NCBI GenBank assembly: GCA_951406725.2
Contig: OX597823.1
Location: 40,238,001-40,302,000, forward strand
DNA from: Octopus vulgaris
Lineage: Eukaryota
Reading direction: 5' to 3'
Length of the DNA: 64,000 bases
Shown: piece by piece, positions 27,800 to 41,333 of the stretch
Layout of the letters: every line of letters begins with the position of its first letter
How positions within the stretch are numbered: position 1 is the stretch's first letter
The notes under the pieces: generated by a model
The model's database searches: none
What the model was told of the DNA's origin: nothing
The model's input: the letters and a program-made list of their open reading frames with translations, nothing else
Made by a program: the position numbers and the translations under genes

Positions 27800-28140
27800 C
27801 TTTGTTCAGTCATTCGATTACGGTCAAGCTGGGGCACCGTCTTGAAACATTTTAGTCAAACGGATCGAGCCAAATTCTTATTTCTTTTCAAGTGGGGTTC
27901 TTATTCTATCGATCTTTTTATCTGAAATGCTAAGTTACGGGGGCGTAAACATAACACCACTGCTTGATAAACAGAGATAAATGTCACACATATATTACAG
28001 GCTTCCTTCAGTTTCCGTCTACTAAATTCACTCCCAAGGCTTTGGTCGGCCCGGGGCTGTAGCAGGCACGTGCCCAAAATACCATGCAGTGGGACTGAAC
28101 CCGGGACTATGTGGTTGGGAAGTAAAATTCTTACTACACC
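27800..28140 (-). mobile_element. SINE family A copy
   Basis: Reverse complement of 12242-12745. Confidence 0.8.
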
Positions 28141-28744
28141 TCGAAAATGAAATACGACAGTAATTTTGTAAATTCAATTTGATACATCCTGGAACGTATT
28201 AAGAATGCAGATGTACACTATTATTTTGATTGTGGCTGTTCTCTGAGTGCACGATAATTTAACTTTGGTTTGCCAGATATCAATAGACATCAGTAAATAA
28301 TTTGTTTGTTAAATTCTATAAAATGACTCACCAGCAGTGTTAGTTTATTTGATCCTTGGCTAGCCTTGAGTGAGGAAACACAGGGTGGTCGAAATACTGC
28401 AGGGTTTTAAAATCCCTTTACGTCAATAAATCGTGTGTGTTGTGAAGAAAACATTAGAAAGGTGAAGGCGTCCTCTGAAGGCGAAAAATAATAGTAGTTA
28501 ACATATTGACATTCGAATTAGCCGGAATGTAATAAAAATGAACATGGTCATCATTGCTTTGGTTCTCGCTGATCTCAGTGCACATTGTATGTATGTATGT
28601 ATGTATGTATGTATGTATGTATGTATGTATGTATGTATGTATGTATGTATGTATGTATGTATGTATGCATGTATGTTCGTGCGTACGTACGTACGTGTGT
28701 ACTTATGTATGAATATATATATATATGTGTGTGTGTGTGTATAA

Positions 28745-28831
28745 TTTTGGGCAAGTGTATTCTACTATAGCCTCGGGCCGACCAAAACCTTGTGAGTGGA
28801 TTAGATAGACGGAAACTGAAAGAAGCTCATG

Positions 28832-28888
<57 letters not shown>

Positions 28889-29130
28889 CACATATATATA
28901 TGTATGGTGTATGTGTGTGTATGCCTTTGCGTCCATGTTTGTCTCCACCACCAGTTGACAACCGGTGTTGGTATCTTTACATCCTCATAATTTGGTGGTT
29001 CGGCAAATTAGTGTGACAGACTATGTACTGGGCTTAAACAGTAAGCCTTAGTATCAATTTCTTTCGCTAAAACCCTTCAAAGCGGTGCCCCAGCATGGCC
29101 ACAGTCAAATGACTGAAGCAAGTAAACTGA
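28745..29130 (+). mobile_element. SINE family A copy, 5'-truncated
   Basis: Matches the body and tail of 12242-12745. Confidence 0.8.
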
Positions 29131-29175
29131 TAAACACTAGAACATAATAATAATGATTACATATATACACACACA

Positions 29176-29920
29176 CAGATATAGCGAATGTAAATAGACA
29201 CCCTTATAATCATTAAAATTTATATAAATCTGAAATTTTATATTCAAATTATTTATTAATTGCTATAATGTGAATATCTAATATTTAGTTAACATGTTCT
29301 TTACATTTTTCAATGCAAGGACCCTATTAGGCATGTTACTGGTCAGATGACGAATATTCTCTTGGGGAATTTCTTGCCAAGTTTCATGCAGTAATCTCAA
29401 AAGAACTGGCTCTGAAGATGCTTTCTTTTTATTTTTACGAAGTGTCCTGTTCATTATGCCCCAGAGGTGTTTAATAGGGTTCATATCTAGTGACTGGCTT
29501 GGTCATCCTTTTTCTTTAATGCTATTCTTTTCTAACCAATCTACAGTCTTTTTAGCCGTGTGACAAGGAGCACCATCTTCCATAAGTAATCTTCTTTAAT
29601 CATTTCACCATTGGAGAAGATTAGAAAGGATCCTTTATGCATCATGTACACATATTTATCTGAGCTTATGTTTCCATCACATCCCACCAGCTCTGATTGA
29701 CCATTGCTCCAAATTGCTCCCCAGACCACCACAAAATAGTTGCCTTGTTTCATTGTTTGCAGCTATCTTTTCATGTCAAAGTCTTAATCACAGAGACCTA
29801 CACTCGATCACTGACAGAAAATGCAACAAATCTGGACTCATTAGAGAATATAATAGTGTCCTAAACTGCTAGCGGTTATTCTATCCTCTCACTGGCCCAA
29901 TTTTATCTTTACTTTATACT
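29176..29920 (-). mobile_element. Tc1-like transposon, 3' half, decayed
   Basis: IIFSNESRF, VVVWGAIW and SLDMNPIKHLW (SPDLNPIEHLW-like) through MPNRVLAL...TKY*; CAG-starting terminus at 29176. Confidence 0.85.
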
Positions 29921-29949
29921 GTCTGGTTGAAGAAGTGGCTTCCTTCTTG

Positions 29950-31753
29950 CTGCTCTGCCATAGTAGCCAAGTTTGTGGAGATACCTGTCAGCTGTTATGG
30001 GACTAACATCAACTTGTTCTGCTATGTAAGAGGCGTTACAATGAAGGGAATAAAAAAACTTGTGGATTTAGCGGTTAATCATGGCGACTGGTTGAACAAA
30101 GGTAATTGGACAGGAGAGCTAGGAAGAAGGGGAGATAATAAAGTACTGGTGATGCCAAAACGAAGGTGCGCGTGCGTTGTGTAGGTGTAAGTGTGTAAGT
30201 GTGTGCGTGTGGAAAGGGGCTGGTGACTTTGACGTGTGGATTTGTGGGTGTGTGCATCTGTAATGTGTAAGCGTATGGATGATGGTGTGGATGCTGGGAG
30301 GTGTTGAGTGCTAGTGTGTGCGGAGTGGTGTGGGGGGATGTGATGTAGTGTGTGGTGTGGGGATGTAAGGGTGGGGTGTTGGATTAGGGGTGGGTATGTG
30401 GGAGTGGAATGTGTGGGGGTGGAATGGAGGGGTAAGAGATGAAGTAGGTGTCAGAGGAAGAGAGGAGAGGAGGGGAGTCAGATGAATAGGGGAGGGGAGT
30501 TGAGCCCATATGACACAAAGGAGCGAAGAGAGAAGATTAATTTCTGTTCACGGCGAAGATGCCCGCAAAATGATCAACTGCTTGGAACTGGCCAAGAGCT
30601 GGCGTCCAGTGGGATGGTTGGCGGCTCAGGTCGGTGAAGCAGTCTTCTTTGTTAAATACAGGTGGATCGTTGTGGAATAGTGCATATAACCTGACACAAC
30701 GACGAAACTATGAATATCAGCACAGGTCTGAAATTCGTTACTGGATGGAGTGAGGGGGATGAAACGCAAAACCTTACTGAGAAGGGAGCGCTCCGTCTCA
30801 GAGAAGACAAGATCAGGAGGAATGGTAACAACAGACTGAAGTGGGGAGGGTTGATGTGTTAGATGTGGGTGGGTGGTAGGAATAGTGGAAGGCTGGGAGG
30901 AGAGAGAAGAGGGGTAAGTGTTTGTGTGTGGGAGTTGGAATAACGGAAGGGTTGGGGGAAGATGAAGGGGAAGTGTATCAGAGCGAGAAGGAGTGGTGGT
31001 AGTGACATCGGGTGTGACTGAATGAAAAAGTGAGTGGAGTTTACGTTGTTTAGTGCGAGCGACAAACTTGTGGAAAAGATAATTTAAGTGGATTATGTAG
31101 CTTAGAGTGGAATGTGCATAAGAAGGTGAAAGAGAGGCAAAAAGATGGAATAAGCGAGAGGGAGAAGGCGGTCGTGGGTGTTATTTTGGAGAGATTGGAA
31201 CAAATGGCGGCACGTATAATGCGGTAGAATGTAGTACGGAGTATGGGTAGGATGGCAAGAGTAGAGTAGGAAATGGAGTGGAAATGGAGGCCGAAAACTT
31301 TGGGGACGAGGTGGTGGTGAAGGCAGCGACTCAGAAATGAAACGTGGCTAGAGAACTGTTTCTTTTTTTTGAAAATTACTAGGGAAAGATTAATAGAAGG
31401 TTGAAAGCAACGGAAAGGACTTGTAGAAAGGTATTTCTTTAGGCGGTGGTGAAGGTGTAGGAGGAAAGATTTGTTATCGGGCAAAAAGGAGAAAAACCTG
31501 GCAGAGAGAAAGGCAAAGACATGACGTACTGAGTATAAAAGTTCAAAAACTTCAAAAGGCGTGAGAAGAAAAGGAAAAAATAAGAAGAAAAAAAGAAGAA
31601 ACTGAGAGAAAAGGAGAAAAAAAGAAGAAAAGGAAAAGGAAAAGAAAAAGCGAGAGCGACAGGGAAAATAATGTACGGTTTAAGACAAAACGGATATATA
31701 TATATATATATATATAGGTATATATATGCATATACATACATATATACGTATAA

Positions 31754-31801
<48 letters not shown>

Positions 31802-31832
31802 GCATATATAAACACACACATACATATATAAA

Positions 31833-31866
<34 letters not shown>

Positions 31867-31887
31867 GTATATGTATATATATATGCA

Positions 31888-31938
<51 letters not shown>

Positions 31939-31990
31939 GTATATGTATATGAATCTCTGCTTTTGTCTCCGCCTGTCAGTTTGTCACTAT
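29950..31990 (-). mobile_element. Penelope-like element, internally deleted (RT missing)
   Basis: N-terminal FSSHVSFLSRCLHHHLVPK.F and VVTIPPDL.FSETERSLLSK.LRFIP...NEF...WTP..GQF are joined directly to a GIY-YIG-type C-terminus, RREQKLIFSLRSFVSYGLN (stop ~30478). HHR relics near both ends; boundaries approximate. Confidence 0.75.
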
Positions 31991-32630
31991 GTGTGTGTAT
32001 ATATATATAAATATATATGCATGTATATATATATATATATATATATATATGAGCGAGTGAGGGAACAAATGTAGGAAAGTAGCACATAGCGTATTTTGTT
32101 GGCGCTACATGTATTTAATAATAGTTTGACTCGGAGCCATATTATTGTTTCGTGAACATAGGACGCGTCTAACCTATCAGTTGTTCGAGGCCCTATGTAG
32201 ATGTGTGCGTGCGTGTCTACATATGCACTCGCGTCGCGCGCGCGTGTGTGCATGCGCTCCAATGTGTGTGTTTGCGTGTGATGTCCGCTTGTATTTGTGT
32301 ATGTGTGTCTATGGAATTATTTTTGTAAAATAAATAATAGTAGCATATAAATGCAGCATCACACTTTCACTTATACCGCTAACGTTCTGGAGAGAGGGTG
32401 TGACTAAGAGAGAGAGAGAGAGGGGGGGGAGAAAGAGAGTGGGAAAGGGCGAAAGAGATAGGGTGAAGGAAAGGCATGAATGTCATACAACTTTATTACG
32501 TTTCTTCTATAAGATTTGAATCCTTGTTATTTGTGTGATGATAACATATGAATTTATTGCTTTCTTTCAAACATTAGCACAAGACCCGAAATTTTGGGTG
32601 CGGCGATTCCTCAGTTACACTATTCTCAGT

Positions 32631-33188
32631 AATTCACCGGAACTTTATTTTATCGACCCCGTAAACTTGAGAGTCAAACTTGATCTCTGTGGGATTCGAA
32701 CTGTGAACTCAGAGCCGAAAGTTATATTGCAAAGCATTTTCTTTGACGCTCTAGTGATTCTGCCAGCTCGAAGTACATCAATTGCAGTCGGTAAACGCAC
32801 TAACAAATCGATTTGCAGTTTCTACTTATGACACATTACCTCCTACTTTCAAATCTTTGTGAGGCCAGCTTTGCTTGCATGTCTTCTGAAGCATTTATTA
32901 CGCAGAAAAAATTCACCGGAACTTTATTTTATCGACCCCGTAAACTTGAGATTCAAACTTGATCTCTGTGGGATTCGAACTGTGAACTCAGAGCCGAAAG
33001 TTATGTTGCAAAGCATTTTCTTTGACGCTCTAGTGATTCTGCCAGCTCGAAGTACATCAATGCAGTCGGTAAACGCACAAACCAATCGATTTGCAGTTTC
33101 TAGTTATGACACATTACCTCCTACTTTCAAATCTTTGTGAGGCCAGCTTTACTTGCATGTCTTCTGAAGCATTTATTACGCATAAAAA
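32631..33188. repeat. Recent ~279-bp tandem duplication (SINE B fragment plus unique flank)
   Basis: Units start at 32631 and 32910 and differ at only a handful of positions. Confidence 0.95.
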
Positions 33189-33524
33189 AATAAAATACCC
33201 ATTAAGAACCGAGTTTGATGTCATTGATCATTTCTTCACTATCAAACTTGTGACTTTTTTTTTCCTAATTCAGATATCAATATATGTTAAGACCAGTTCA
33301 GATATAATTGATAGAGAACTTATGAAAGGCTTTTTAAATTTGTTGTGGATAGAAAAATATGCACTCTTTAGAGAAAAATATATTAAAACACTATATTCAG
33401 TTTAGAGAGCTCTCTATTCGACTGATACATACATTTCGACCTCGTTAGTTCTCTTCAGCATGAGATAACTAGAAAGTGAAGCTCTGTTTATTGGAAGTCA
33501 GTCAATAATATGGACTGATAGCAA

Positions 33525-33685
33525 AGGTGGCATTTCGTCGTTCTTTACATTCTGAGGTCAAATGCCGCCGAGGTTGACTTTGCTTTTCATCTTTTCGGGT
33601 TCGACAAAATAGATAAATAAATACCAGTTGAACACTGGGATCTTACACGAAATTGGTAGTCTTGTACCAAAATTTGTAACTAATA
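33525..33685 (+). mobile_element. SINE family B copy
   Basis: Matches the 2959-3165 core. Confidence 0.7.
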
Positions 33686-34479
33686 TTATGAACTGATAGA
33701 GAAGAATGGCCACCAGGCGAGAACAAAATCGTCTCTGTCACTGCTTCGCTCATCTAGTCAAGATTTTGTTCTACAAACTGCAGTGAAACGCCATTAAAGT
33801 TTCAAATATTTATCAAGCATATTTGAACTGATATTACTCACAATATATCTTAATTCTAATATATAACTTTCAAAAATGGGTGTTGTCAGAAGTGGAAAAA
33901 AATTCAAGCAAATTATTTACAATATTCTAAATTCAAGTCACGTCTTTCATCCTACTGGGACAGATTAAAAATAAAATGTTTAATCTGTTCGATTTTGTGC
34001 TCGTCAATACACGTTCCTAGCTCCCAGACTGTTAAATATTCCATTATATGTTTTAATTTATTAAAAACCTAAACGTATTTTATGAACTTACTAATAATAT
34101 TACCAAAATATTTTACATGTGATTTTTTAAATTTAATTTTTGGAGTAAAGGGAAAGTTTCTTTCGGCACCTTAGTATTCCAGTGAGTGAATCTTGGAGAA
34201 TATTCTCTTACTTCATTATTGGAGAAAATTGATTTGATTTTTACGTTGTGCAATATAGGCCGTTACTTTTGTAAATATTTAATTCTTATTTATGCCTTTT
34301 GGCAATATAAACATATTCCGTTTGAGCAGGCAATGGCTTGGGAGAGTAACGATGTGGGCACCGGTCTAAATATCTAATCGGTGTTTATTTCGTCTCCTTG
34401 TATGCTGATTTCTAATCTCGCTGATGTCAATTTTACCTTTCGTGCATTCTAGGATGATAAAGGACTGGCCCTTCTTAGG

Positions 34480-34740
34480 TCTGTTATGATCCCTAAGACT
34501 CATAAGGCCGGAGCATGTCTCAGGTTCTATGGTGTGCAAATGGTTGAGGTACTTCCTCGAGAGCGGGACACCCGCCCGGAGCAGGGATAACTTCCTAGCT
34601 GTTCTTGTAATTCATCGCAGCTGAGTGGAATAGAGCAACATAAACATTTTCCTCAAGATCACAACGCTCCGCCCGGTCCGGGAATCGAAATCACGATTTT
34701 ACAATCGTAAGTACAACACTTTAACCACTTGACCACGAGC
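34480..34740 (-). mobile_element. tRNA-derived SINE, head Y plus tail 3 (diverged)
   Basis: Head resembles 42040-42165; the tail differs. A similar decayed copy lies near 23380-23530. Confidence 0.6.
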
Positions 34741-35801
34741 CGTCAGTAAGTGTCAGTAGACTGAAGGAATTGTTAGAACATCGGAAACGATCCCTTGCAG
34801 CATTTCTTTCGGCTCTTTGCGTCCTGAGTTCAAATCATACTTGCATAGGATACTTAATCCTAGAGTTGCTGTAGCAGAATCCAGTCTGTTGTAATCATTT
34901 AGATCCGATCTCTAGCATGAAGAGTCCCAAGCAGCGCGAGAGACCGTGGCCATGACCATCGTTCCTCACCAAAAATTGAAGCATTTTCAGATTAAAAACT
35001 TGACTTCTTTTATGACCGAGTCAGTGGAGGAAGAGCAATGGCCATGACCTTGATTAGGCTATCGGAGACTGGTTGGATGGGCGAGAAGTGGAAGAAACAC
35101 GGAGTTTGTTGCGTTGGGAAATAGAACATCAATATATCGATTTATCTTCTGGTCAAGAAACCGTTTACAACATTTGCAACAGGGTTAAGTCTGTTAAAGA
35201 TGTTCGTGTGTCAGTTGGGGAAGGTAAACCGAGTGATAGGTAAAGTCAAAGATCTTCAGCCCATTCAACAGGCTCTTTATAGTTTTTATTTACTTAATTT
35301 CACTTATGGGGCTTGGATCAACCTGTGTCTATTATAGTAGAGATTTGATCAAGCTGAAAGTCGATATTCTGTTAATTATTTTAATTATGCTTCTGGGTTT
35401 TTATACGCAATCTGTTAGTGGGAGTTCGGTTGCCTCGAACGAACCCTACTGGGTGATGTAAGGATATATAATGCACAAACATATGATGGATTCTCCCGTC
35501 GGCCACGACGTATGAGGGTTTAACAGCCAATATTATAACTGTCAAATTACTCACACAGATGAAGGCTTGTGAAGAATCAGCCACATTTTTTGGAAATGCT
35601 GATAACAGAAACTTGGTGCAAATGTTTGTCACAAACTCAATGAGCAGCTTACCGCAAGCTTTTCTATTAAAATGCGCCATATCGTTGGTTAGTTGACTTC
35701 TTGATGTGACAGTGCAACTCATCTTGGTAGGCTTAATGCACACACCCCAATAACTCCCACCCCACACGCAAACACATACACACGTGTGTGTGTGTGCGCG
35801 C

Positions 35802-35860
<59 letters not shown>

Positions 35861-36333
35861 TGTGTGTGTGTATGTATTATGTGGATAGAGTTAAAATCCA
35901 AACAGTACCCTCTTGAAGCACATCTGCTTATTTCACTACACCAACTCTGTATGTAGATGTTATATTGTTGTGAGTTATGTAAATGAGTTGCAAATACTGG
36001 AAAATATTTTCCACAGAGTAATAATATCAAAATAGGAAACTGCAAAATTTTTGGCGTTATTCATTCATCATTACACGTGTTTCACCTGCTAATAGGAGTC
36101 ACAAAATAGGATATGTAGTAGAAAACATAAGATATCTCTTAGTAGAAGTTCTTCGGACAGAATAAAATAATTATTTCATTCTTTATCTGAAGAATTTCTA
36201 ATAGGAGATACCTTACATATTTTCTAGTACATGATGAATTTTATGACTTCTATTAGGAAATGAAACGCGTATAAGGGTGAATAAATAATGTTAAAAAAAT
36301 TGCAAAGTCCTCTTTTAATATGTATATACGTAC

Positions 36334-36369
<36 letters not shown>

Positions 36370-36370
<1 letters not shown>

Positions 36371-36603
36371 TGTCTGTGTGTCTGTGTGTCTTTGTGTCTG
36401 TCTCTGTGTTTGTGCCCTCCACTGCTTGACAACCGGTGTTGGTGTTTAGTTCCCCGTAACTTATCAGTTTGGCAAAGGTGATCGATAGAATAAGTGCCAG
36501 GCTTTAAGAGAAAAATATATACTGGTGTCCATTTGCTCGACTAAAATGCTTCAGGGTGGTGCCCCAGCATGGCTGCAGTCTAATGACTAAAACAAGTAAA
36601 AGA
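36370..36603 (+). mobile_element. SINE family A, 3' half
   Basis: Matches the tail of 12242-12745. Confidence 0.8.
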
Positions 36604-36605
36604 TG

Positions 36606-36669
<64 letters not shown>

Positions 36670-37384
36670 AGATAGACAAATATGTCACATAATTGGCGCT
36701 CTTGAATTCATCCTTCCTTTGACGGGATTTGTTTTTCATCCCACAGGGTGTCCCAAAACCATCCTTGCCAATCAGATTTGGTGGTGTTGCCGGTTTAGTC
36801 ACCGAGGGCCGGCCCACCACAACCATGCCACACATGGGGTCACATGATACGAAAAACACTCAAGAGAGACAATATGCAGACACATTGTATTTACCTACAA
36901 TATTCTTGGTCGCACTTCTGGTTACGCCCCAGTGTTGTTAAGTAACTTTACATAACTTTATACGTACATAATTCCACAAAATTGTTACGGAGGCCGGAAG
37001 TTTAAGTAAAGCTGTATATAATCAGAAAATGGATTGGGATAATCAGAAAGAAAAATATAACAGTTACACATTCGCTTGCATATAAACACCGAAACACACT
37101 AACATACACAGATACACAGATATACGTAGACACGCATAAACAAAACCAGCAAATTACGAAAACAATCATGCAATAATTAGAAGCCAATGTCACATCCTTT
37201 TATTAGTTAATTAACCTAATATTAGCATCATTAATAAAGACGGACAAGAGAACAATAAAATCTAATTTTAAAATTAAAATTGATTTTGTTGTAAGGACTT
37301 GAATCTTATAATATTTTACATCGTAGAGCAGTTTGTTAACATCCTGGTATAAATAAGAAAATATATTATCCTTATATAAATTTA

Positions 37385-37397
37385 TTCTTCTTCTCCC

Positions 37398-37428
<31 letters not shown>

Positions 37429-37470
37429 CTTCTTCTTCTTCTTCTTCTTCTTCTTCTTCTTCTTCTTCTT

Positions 37471-37516
<46 letters not shown>

Positions 37517-37604
37517 CACCACCACCACTACTACTACGACCACCACCACCACCACCACCACCACCACCACCACCACCACCACCACCACCACCACCACCAC
37601 CACC

Positions 37605-37686
<82 letters not shown>

Positions 37687-37695
37687 ATAATAATA
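37385..37695. repeat. Compound microsatellite (CTT)n-(CTA)n-(CCA)n-(CTA)n-(CCA)n-(CTA)n
   Basis: Directly visible; explains the poly-S/G/R ORF. Confidence 0.95.
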
Positions 37696-37849
37696 CTTCC
37701 TATTCTTTTTCCTGTTTTTTCTTCATCTCTTATCTTTTTCTTCATCTCTCATCTCTTATCTTCTTCTTTCCAAATATTCACCTAGAAATGGAAGCTAACT
37801 ACAAAATATTACTTACCTACCTACCTACCTACCTACCTACCTACCAACC

Positions 37850-38027
37850 TGTTATATCATTATGGATAAACGAATACACTGCAACACTGCAATGACAAGA
37901 TAATAGAAACAAACGGCAGTAACCACACGTAACGTAGCAACAGTCTTTTAAGAACCAACAATCCAACACACTAGCTTGAAGTGTAAACTCCAGCTTTGAA
38001 CTACCAGCATATGAACTGTGGTACTGG
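37850..38027 (-). mobile_element. Partial LTR, diverged direct repeat of 41078-41240
   Basis: Both start TGTTATATC.TTA.GGATAAACGAATACACTGC and stay alignable for ~170 bp. Confidence 0.8.
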
Positions 38028-38029
38028 TA

Positions 38030-39390
38030 CTATGATTTTATTTAAACCACAAGGATTAAACAAAGAGGAGACAATACACGGGACAAATGGGGTCGGGGAC
38101 TTATTGAATGATATTACACATATGAAGAAATACATTATAATTTCGGATGAAAAATGAAAAAATGAACGAACGCAGAATTGGTTTGATCCAACCAACCACA
38201 TTCCTACGTTGAACCTCGCCTTTTTTTTCTAAAACTCCGCTTAATTAGGCATTTACAAACCCAACATTCGGGCTACATTCCTCCATCTTCTTTCGTACGT
38301 TTTTGACGTCAGGCATTTCTTCTCCAGACATGCTTTCCCTCTTAGGTGATATAAAATGAGTTGAACCAAAGCATGCCAGGAGACAAAGGTGTCTGATGCC
38401 ATACCTCTCCCACACGTCTTCCATATCAACGCTTTCGCTATAGCTATTAGGGCTAAAAAAGAGCATTTCTCTTCTCCTTTTAGAGGAGACGGCGGAACGA
38501 TCTTAGTAATCGATTCGGCTGACATCTGAACTCTCCCTATCTGTGACAGTACTCGTTCGGTAGAAACCCACAGGTCCGCAGTTTCGATGCTCTGATCGGA
38601 ACGTGGGCAAGTAGGCGAAACCGTGACGCCGTGCCTTGCGAGTTTATCCCAAACTGGCAAGGCACTTCAGAAGCACAGCCAAGTCAGGGACCCCTGGAAG
38701 TTGTCCGTAGTTTCCGGGCCGAATGTCCTTCGATGCAGGTTGGCAAGCTGACTTTCATCGAAACCCAGAGTCTCCCCCAGGCCGTCATCACACTTGCCCT
38801 CTACTAACCCTCTATAGTACGCCGAGGTGGTACCCCCTCCGGCGGCATTGCTAGTTCAGGAGAGAAGCATGAGCGTCTGTCAACACTCTGCTTGCCAAGC
38901 TCCCAGCCTTGGTCTAGGCCTGATCCAGCATTCCAGTTCATCAAAAGAGATGAACCTGAGAAATATCTCATCAACGAACGGAGACCACACCCGCTCATTG
39001 TCCAGGTAGAGCCAGAGATGTCTCAACCTCAGCGCATGCCTGCGCATCTTTAGGCACAGCAACCCTAACCCACCCGTTAGCGGCTGTTGGCAGCAGATAG
39101 AGCATCTTACAAGAAGCCGCCTGCCCTCCCACAAGACTTGAAAAAGCATGCGTTCCAACTTGTTTAGTCACGAATCGGGGCACGGCACGACGTTTAGGCG
39201 GAAGGTAATGACAGGTGCGATAAATACATTTGCCACATCCGTGCTCCCTTTCAGGGAAAGCCTCCGCCCAGACAAGGTCTGTGTTATGGACGCCACTCTG
39301 CCTGTAACCTCGCTTCAATTCTTCTCTACCTGGAGGTCTGAACCAAACTAGAATCCAAGCATTTTCACCAGAACATCTGTCCAGCGTCCG
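38030..39390 (-). mobile_element. Tx1/L1-like LINE, 3' 1.36 kb, decayed
   Basis: RWTD..VKMLG...FGSDLQ, LERMLF..LWEG, GGLGL...MRRHALRLRHL, LPVWDKLARHG...CPR and C-terminal RRWRNVARM; 3' UTR with AATAAA near 38040. Confidence 0.85.
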
Positions 39391-39519
39391 TGAATCCTAT
39401 TTACCCTTTCTAAATGAATAAATGTCATCAGCAATCGGGAGTGGATGATGGTATGTTTTTAAGCAGATGTTTAATTCTGTAGAGAAATCGGCACACAGCC
39501 TAATCTTATTATTATTATT

Positions 39520-41333
39520 TTTAGTATATACCATGGCTGCCGCCTACTTCCTTCGCGTAATCCACCTTTTTGATGACTCCACTCTTTTCGAGTCTGTCCA
39601 ACTCTTCATTTAAGGTTACAGTTGCTGCAAACGTTACTTTTCTGTTTGCTTTAAATACAGCGTTTTCACTAACTTGCAAATAGGTTTTCTTCGTCTTTCT
39701 ACATAGACCTAAATCCTCTGAAAACACTTGCGGGAACATTTTTTTCAATATTTTCTTCAGTTTTGCCGAAGACTTGTTTTTAACGGGACAACCATTTATG
39801 CTGTTGCAGTAAAGATACATGGGGAGGTGCCATAAATCGAATAGTTCTAACTAATCTGTGCCAAACAGATTGATTGTATTATCCACAACGAATAATTTTG
39901 CTTCGCGTGTCTCTCCTCGAAATGTGACGTCGAAACACTTTCTGCTCATGAAATGGAAATGTAATTTATCACCCGTTACAACATGCGCTATTTTCGCCGT
40001 TTTACGTAATCTCGGTTTACCAATTTTTTTCCAAGTATCCGCATTTGGTATTCACATCATTTATTTTTACGTGCACGAATTTTCTTCTTTTTCCGTCGTA
40101 ATCACTCTTCACTGAAAAGACTTTAGAACTTTTTGTGTTTGAGCCTCGTCATCTTGTTCTACAATCATAACTCCTGTGTCCCAGCTTCTGACAGCTATAG
40201 CGCTTTTTTGTTTTCAAACGGACAATCCTTTTTTGTAGTGTGGGCCTCCACGACCATAATACGGATTGGGACCTGTCACTTTTTGTGGGTTGTGCTTCCA
40301 GGACGACATATTTGAAATTCTGCATCGTCTTTATCTTGTATTTTTTTCACATCATATATAAGATTTACCATAGTCTGTCATTCATCTGCGATGGTCTGTA
40401 GAGATAAATCCTGGTTTGCTTGCTCCATTTCCGAGAGAATTCTTGCCCGAATTTCTCTACCTTCATGTACTATAAGTCATTGCAGGAAGATAAGTGATTT
40501 AAACATATCCTGAGTGAGATCCTGGAATTTAAAATTTTCACTCTTAGGGTTGACTACTCCGGCGTAGATTTTTTTTTATTAAGTTCCAATACTCCATTCT
40601 GGTGCTGAATAATGAATTTCTATCACAAAACATTTTGAAAGCAGCTCCACAGTTTCTTGGAAACCGATCTCATTCGACTTTTAGGCAAAATAAAGTTACA
40701 GTAACGCTCATATTCGGCAGGAGCTACCTTGCACAGGGAAAACCTTATTTCTGCTTCTCTGACCATGACTTGCAATCGTTGTTAAAAATTTCCTCGCATT
40801 TTTTATAATACGTGGGAAACTTAGTACCCTCCTCCGGATTATATGTAAATTCAGAAACTGTGTTAGCCACGCTGTCTGACGTAAACGAGCTTACTGGAGT
40901 TTTGGACTTCGCCGACTGTAACTCAATTAATTGTTGTTGTTGTTGTATTTATTTTTGCAACTCCTATAGTTGTTCCTGTTGCTTCTTTTGAAGCTGTACT
41001 ACTGCAGCTAATAGGCTTTCCAGACGCAGAAATTGTCAAATAACCAGCGTGGGTTTCGAATGATCCTCATCGCCAGATGTTATATCCTTACGGATAAACG
41101 AATACACTGCTACAGTGTAATAAAAATATTATCGAAACAAACAGCAGTAACTACACGTAACGTAAAAACAATCTTTTCGGAACCAACACGCTAACTCGAA
41201 CAGTGAACTTTGAACTATCAACACACGAACTGTGGAACTAACACGAACTACCTGACTTACTCAGACCACTACAGTTTATATGTAGTGATCCAGTCCATGC
41301 TCGCAAGGGGGCGTCGTACTCTCGCACAATACA
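39520..41333 (-). mobile_element. Gypsy LTR retrotransposon 5' part: LTR (41078-~41333), PBS, gag, protease region and start of RT, decayed
   Basis: LTR ends ...TAACA followed by PBS TGGCGATGAGGAT (41063-41075). Gag EFTYNPEEG..F..YY...EEIF, degenerate double CCHC (GGPHYKKDCP...SCQKLGHRSYDC), pre-RT FPQVFSEDLG...ELDRLEKSGVIKKV. Confidence 0.85.

Noticed and set aside
33422-33462. Minus-strand CUGAAGA...GAAA...GUA hammerhead-like motif
   Set aside because: Stem I does not pair and stems II and III are mismatched; at most a decayed relic.
35381-35767. 128-aa non-repetitive ORF
   Set aside because: No recognisable motif, and it starts at a microsatellite edge with a non-ATG codon.
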